Part shown: positions 62,530 to 64,000 of the stretch, piece by piece | Layout of the letters: every line of letters begins with the position of its first letter | Position numbering within the stretch: the stretch's first letter is position 1 | From: an uncultured Acidimicrobiaceae bacterium | Lineage (GTDB): Bacteria; Actinomycetota; Acidimicrobiia; Acidimicrobiales; Bog-793 | NCBI GenBank assembly: GCA_963801185.1 | Contig: CAWDDW010000001.1 | Location: 112,928-176,927, forward strand | Reading direction: 5' to 3' | Length of the DNA stretch: 64,000 nt | Notes under the pieces: model-generated | The model's database searches: none | The model's input: the letters and a program-made list of their open reading frames with translations, nothing else | Told to the model about the DNA's origin: nothing | Position numbers and translations under genes: made by a program

Positions 62530-63429
62530 GTGCCGGCCGACGAGAGCACGCTTCGTGTCGTGGCGGTTCCCTACGACAGCGGCTACCGCGACCTCCGTCA
62601 GGGCCTCGGCCCGGCGAGCCTCATCGCGCACTGGCAGGCGTACCCCGGAGATCAACTCGAGCATCTCGAGATCAGCTGGGTCGAGTCGGCGAACGAGTTC
62701 CCGACCGAGGTGGCGACAACCTTCGAGCTGACGAGGCTGGTAGCTCTCGAGGTGCAGTCGGCACTCGAGGCGGGGTGCTTCCCACTCGTGCTAGCGGGGA
62801 ATTGCAACACGAGCGTGATCGGTGGGGTTGCCGGCCTAGGCCTGTCGGATCCGCGCCGCGACATCGGAGTGGTCTGCTTCGACGCCCATGGTGACTTCAA
62901 CACCCCAGAGACCGATCCGGGCGGATTCCTCGACGGGCAAGGTTTGGCGATCGTCACAGGCCGGTGTTGGCAGGGTCCGGTCGCCAAGGTGCCGGGGTTC
63001 GCCCCGGTCAAGGAACGCTCGGTCCTTCTCATCGGGGCGCACGACTTCGACGCGGACGAGAGCGTCGCGATCGAGAGATCCGGGATCACACTTATCACGC
63101 CGAGCAGGATCTCCCACGACGGCGTAGAGGTCGCTCTCGGCGAGGCCCTCGCTGCGCTTGCACGGCGGGTCAGGCGGGTCTACTTGCACATCGACCTCGA
63201 TGTGATCGATGCGGGTTTTGGGCGGGCGAACTCGTACGCGTCGGTCGGGGGCTTGCAACCCGATCAGCTGTTCGCGGCCGCTCGTAGCGTGATCGACCAC
63301 CTGCCGGTTGTCGCCGCGGGCATCGCGGCGTACGACCCCACCGCAGACGAGACAGGGCGGATACGGGCGGCCGCCATGCAAGTGTTGGACCTGCTCAGGG
63401 CCGCTCCTCGGTCTCGGTCTACGCCCTGA
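62530..63429 (+). CDS. Arginase/agmatinase/formiminoglutamase family protein (variant first metal motif)
   Basis: VCFDAHGDFNTP and YLHIDLDVIDAG. GTG 62530 (VPADESTLRVVAVPYDSG) is chosen inside track ORF 62188..63429, which otherwise overlaps the peptidase gene. Confidence 0.75.
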   Translation: MPADESTLRVVAVPYDSGYRDLRQGLGPASLIAHWQAYPGDQLEHLEISWVESANEFPTEVATTFELTRLVALEVQSALEAGCFPLVLAGNCNTSVIGGVAGLGLSDPRRDIGVVCFDAHGDFNTPETDPGGFLDGQGLAIVTGRCWQGPVAKVPGFAPVKERSVLLIGAHDFDADESVAIERSGITLITPSRISHDGVEVALGEALAALARRVRRVYLHIDLDVIDAGFGRANSYASVGGLQPDQLFAAARSVIDHLPVVAAGIAAYDPTADETGRIRAAAMQVLDLLRAAPRSRSTP

Positions 63430-63530
63430 AGCGCCGCCGCCGGCTCGCCAGGCAACCACGAGATCGGTCTCCGCCGTCGCCGCCGTGACCTCGAACGTGG
63501 GTGGGCGATCACAACTACGCTCGACGTCAA

Positions 63531-64000
63531 ATGAGGCGACGCCCCTTGCGAGCGCGGAGTCGGAGCCGCCGTGGCCTCGTCCTCGACGCGTGCTTGGCGG
63601 CCGTCGTATTCGTCGTCAACTCGCTCAGCCCGACGCCGCAGGTGGGCGACTCGCGGCTCTCTGTCGTGACAGCGTGGCAGTTCCTCCACCACTTCAACTT
63701 CCACCTCGAGGACTATCCCTCGGTCACGCGGCTCTCCAACCACTACGACGTGGTCAGGCACGGCGGCCATCTGCTGCCGTTCTTCCCGTGGCCGACGATG
63801 CTGTTCGCGATCCCCGCCGACCTTCTCTATGCGCTGGCCGGGCACAATCCGGCGCTCGTCTCCATCAGCAACCCGAACCACACCTGGCTGCTCGAGGTCC
63901 CGACCGCTAGCGCCCTCGTCGCGATCACCGCCGTGTTGATCAGGCGGATCGTGAGCGCGCTCGAGGGGTCCTGGGGCCGGCCGGCGGTGGCCATGGCGGC
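63531..64000 (+). CDS. Membrane protein, 5' part only (runs off the right edge); possibly a GT39/ArnT-like glycosyltransferase
   Basis: Own translation from ATG 63531: MRRRPLRARSRSRRGLVLDACLAAVVFVVNSLSPTPQVGDSRLSVVTAWQFLHH...LLPFFPWPTMLFAIPADLLYAL. Open to the window end, so it is absent from the track. GTG 63501 is an alternative start. Confidence 0.5.
   Translation, partial: MRRRPLRARSRSRRGLVLDACLAAVVFVVNSLSPTPQVGDSRLSVVTAWQFLHHFNFHLEDYPSVTRLSNHYDVVRHGGHLLPFFPWPTMLFAIPADLLYALAGHNPALVSISNPNHTWLLEVPTASALVAITAVLIRRIVSALEGSWGRPAVAMA

Noticed and set aside
1-64000. CRISPR arrays, rRNA genes, intact IS elements or prophage structural genes
   Set aside because: I scanned both strands for regularly spaced repeats, rRNA-like conserved blocks and transposase or integrase motifs. 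I found only the recombinase tail at 31377-31616 and the microsatellite at 48302-48335.

Overview
High-GC, actinobacterial-type chromosome segment that is almost fully coding. All family calls are by-eye motif recognition; no searches were run. (1) 1-19.3 kb is a composite secondary-metabolite locus. It holds a PKS ketosynthase gene that runs off the left edge and is missing from the ORF track. It also holds an NRPS module whose adenylation domain is split by a luciferase-like monooxygenase, and a frame-broken formyltransferase. A second unit is an AsnB-type amidotransferase, a fused double hydrolase, an Sfp-type PPTase, an ACP and a stand-alone ligase. A third unit is an operon of MetA-like, MetY-like, AcpS-type PPTase, carrier protein and a class II aaRS-like amino acid:carrier-protein ligase, next to a large FAD/NAD(P)-binding protein. 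This is my best candidate for an undescribed system. (2) 19.3-31.3 kb is conserved housekeeping: nadA, uvrC, a methyltransferase, rapZ, yvcK, gap-pgk-tpiA-secG and an orphan frame-broken solute-binding lipoprotein. No whiA lies between yvcK and gap. (3) tRNA-Leu(GAG) at 31312-31395 is followed by a decayed island to about 36.8 kb. The island has a recombinase tail, a DUF1998-like fragment, an OLD-type ATPase-TOPRIM nuclease and an Mrr-like nuclease. (4) 36.9-43.5 kb is a cell-surface glycan locus: GT2 synthase, GT39-like membrane protein, GH26, a beta-propeller and a Cys-repeat lipoprotein. (5) 43.6-64 kb carries mixed accessory genes, a (CTCTTT)5 microsatellite, a PadR regulator with a repeat/palindrome operator candidate, and a 1164-aa secreted clan-SB peptidase. 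At least seven genes have broken reading frames, five of them within 42.9-55 kb. No CRISPR array, rRNA or intact transposase was seen.
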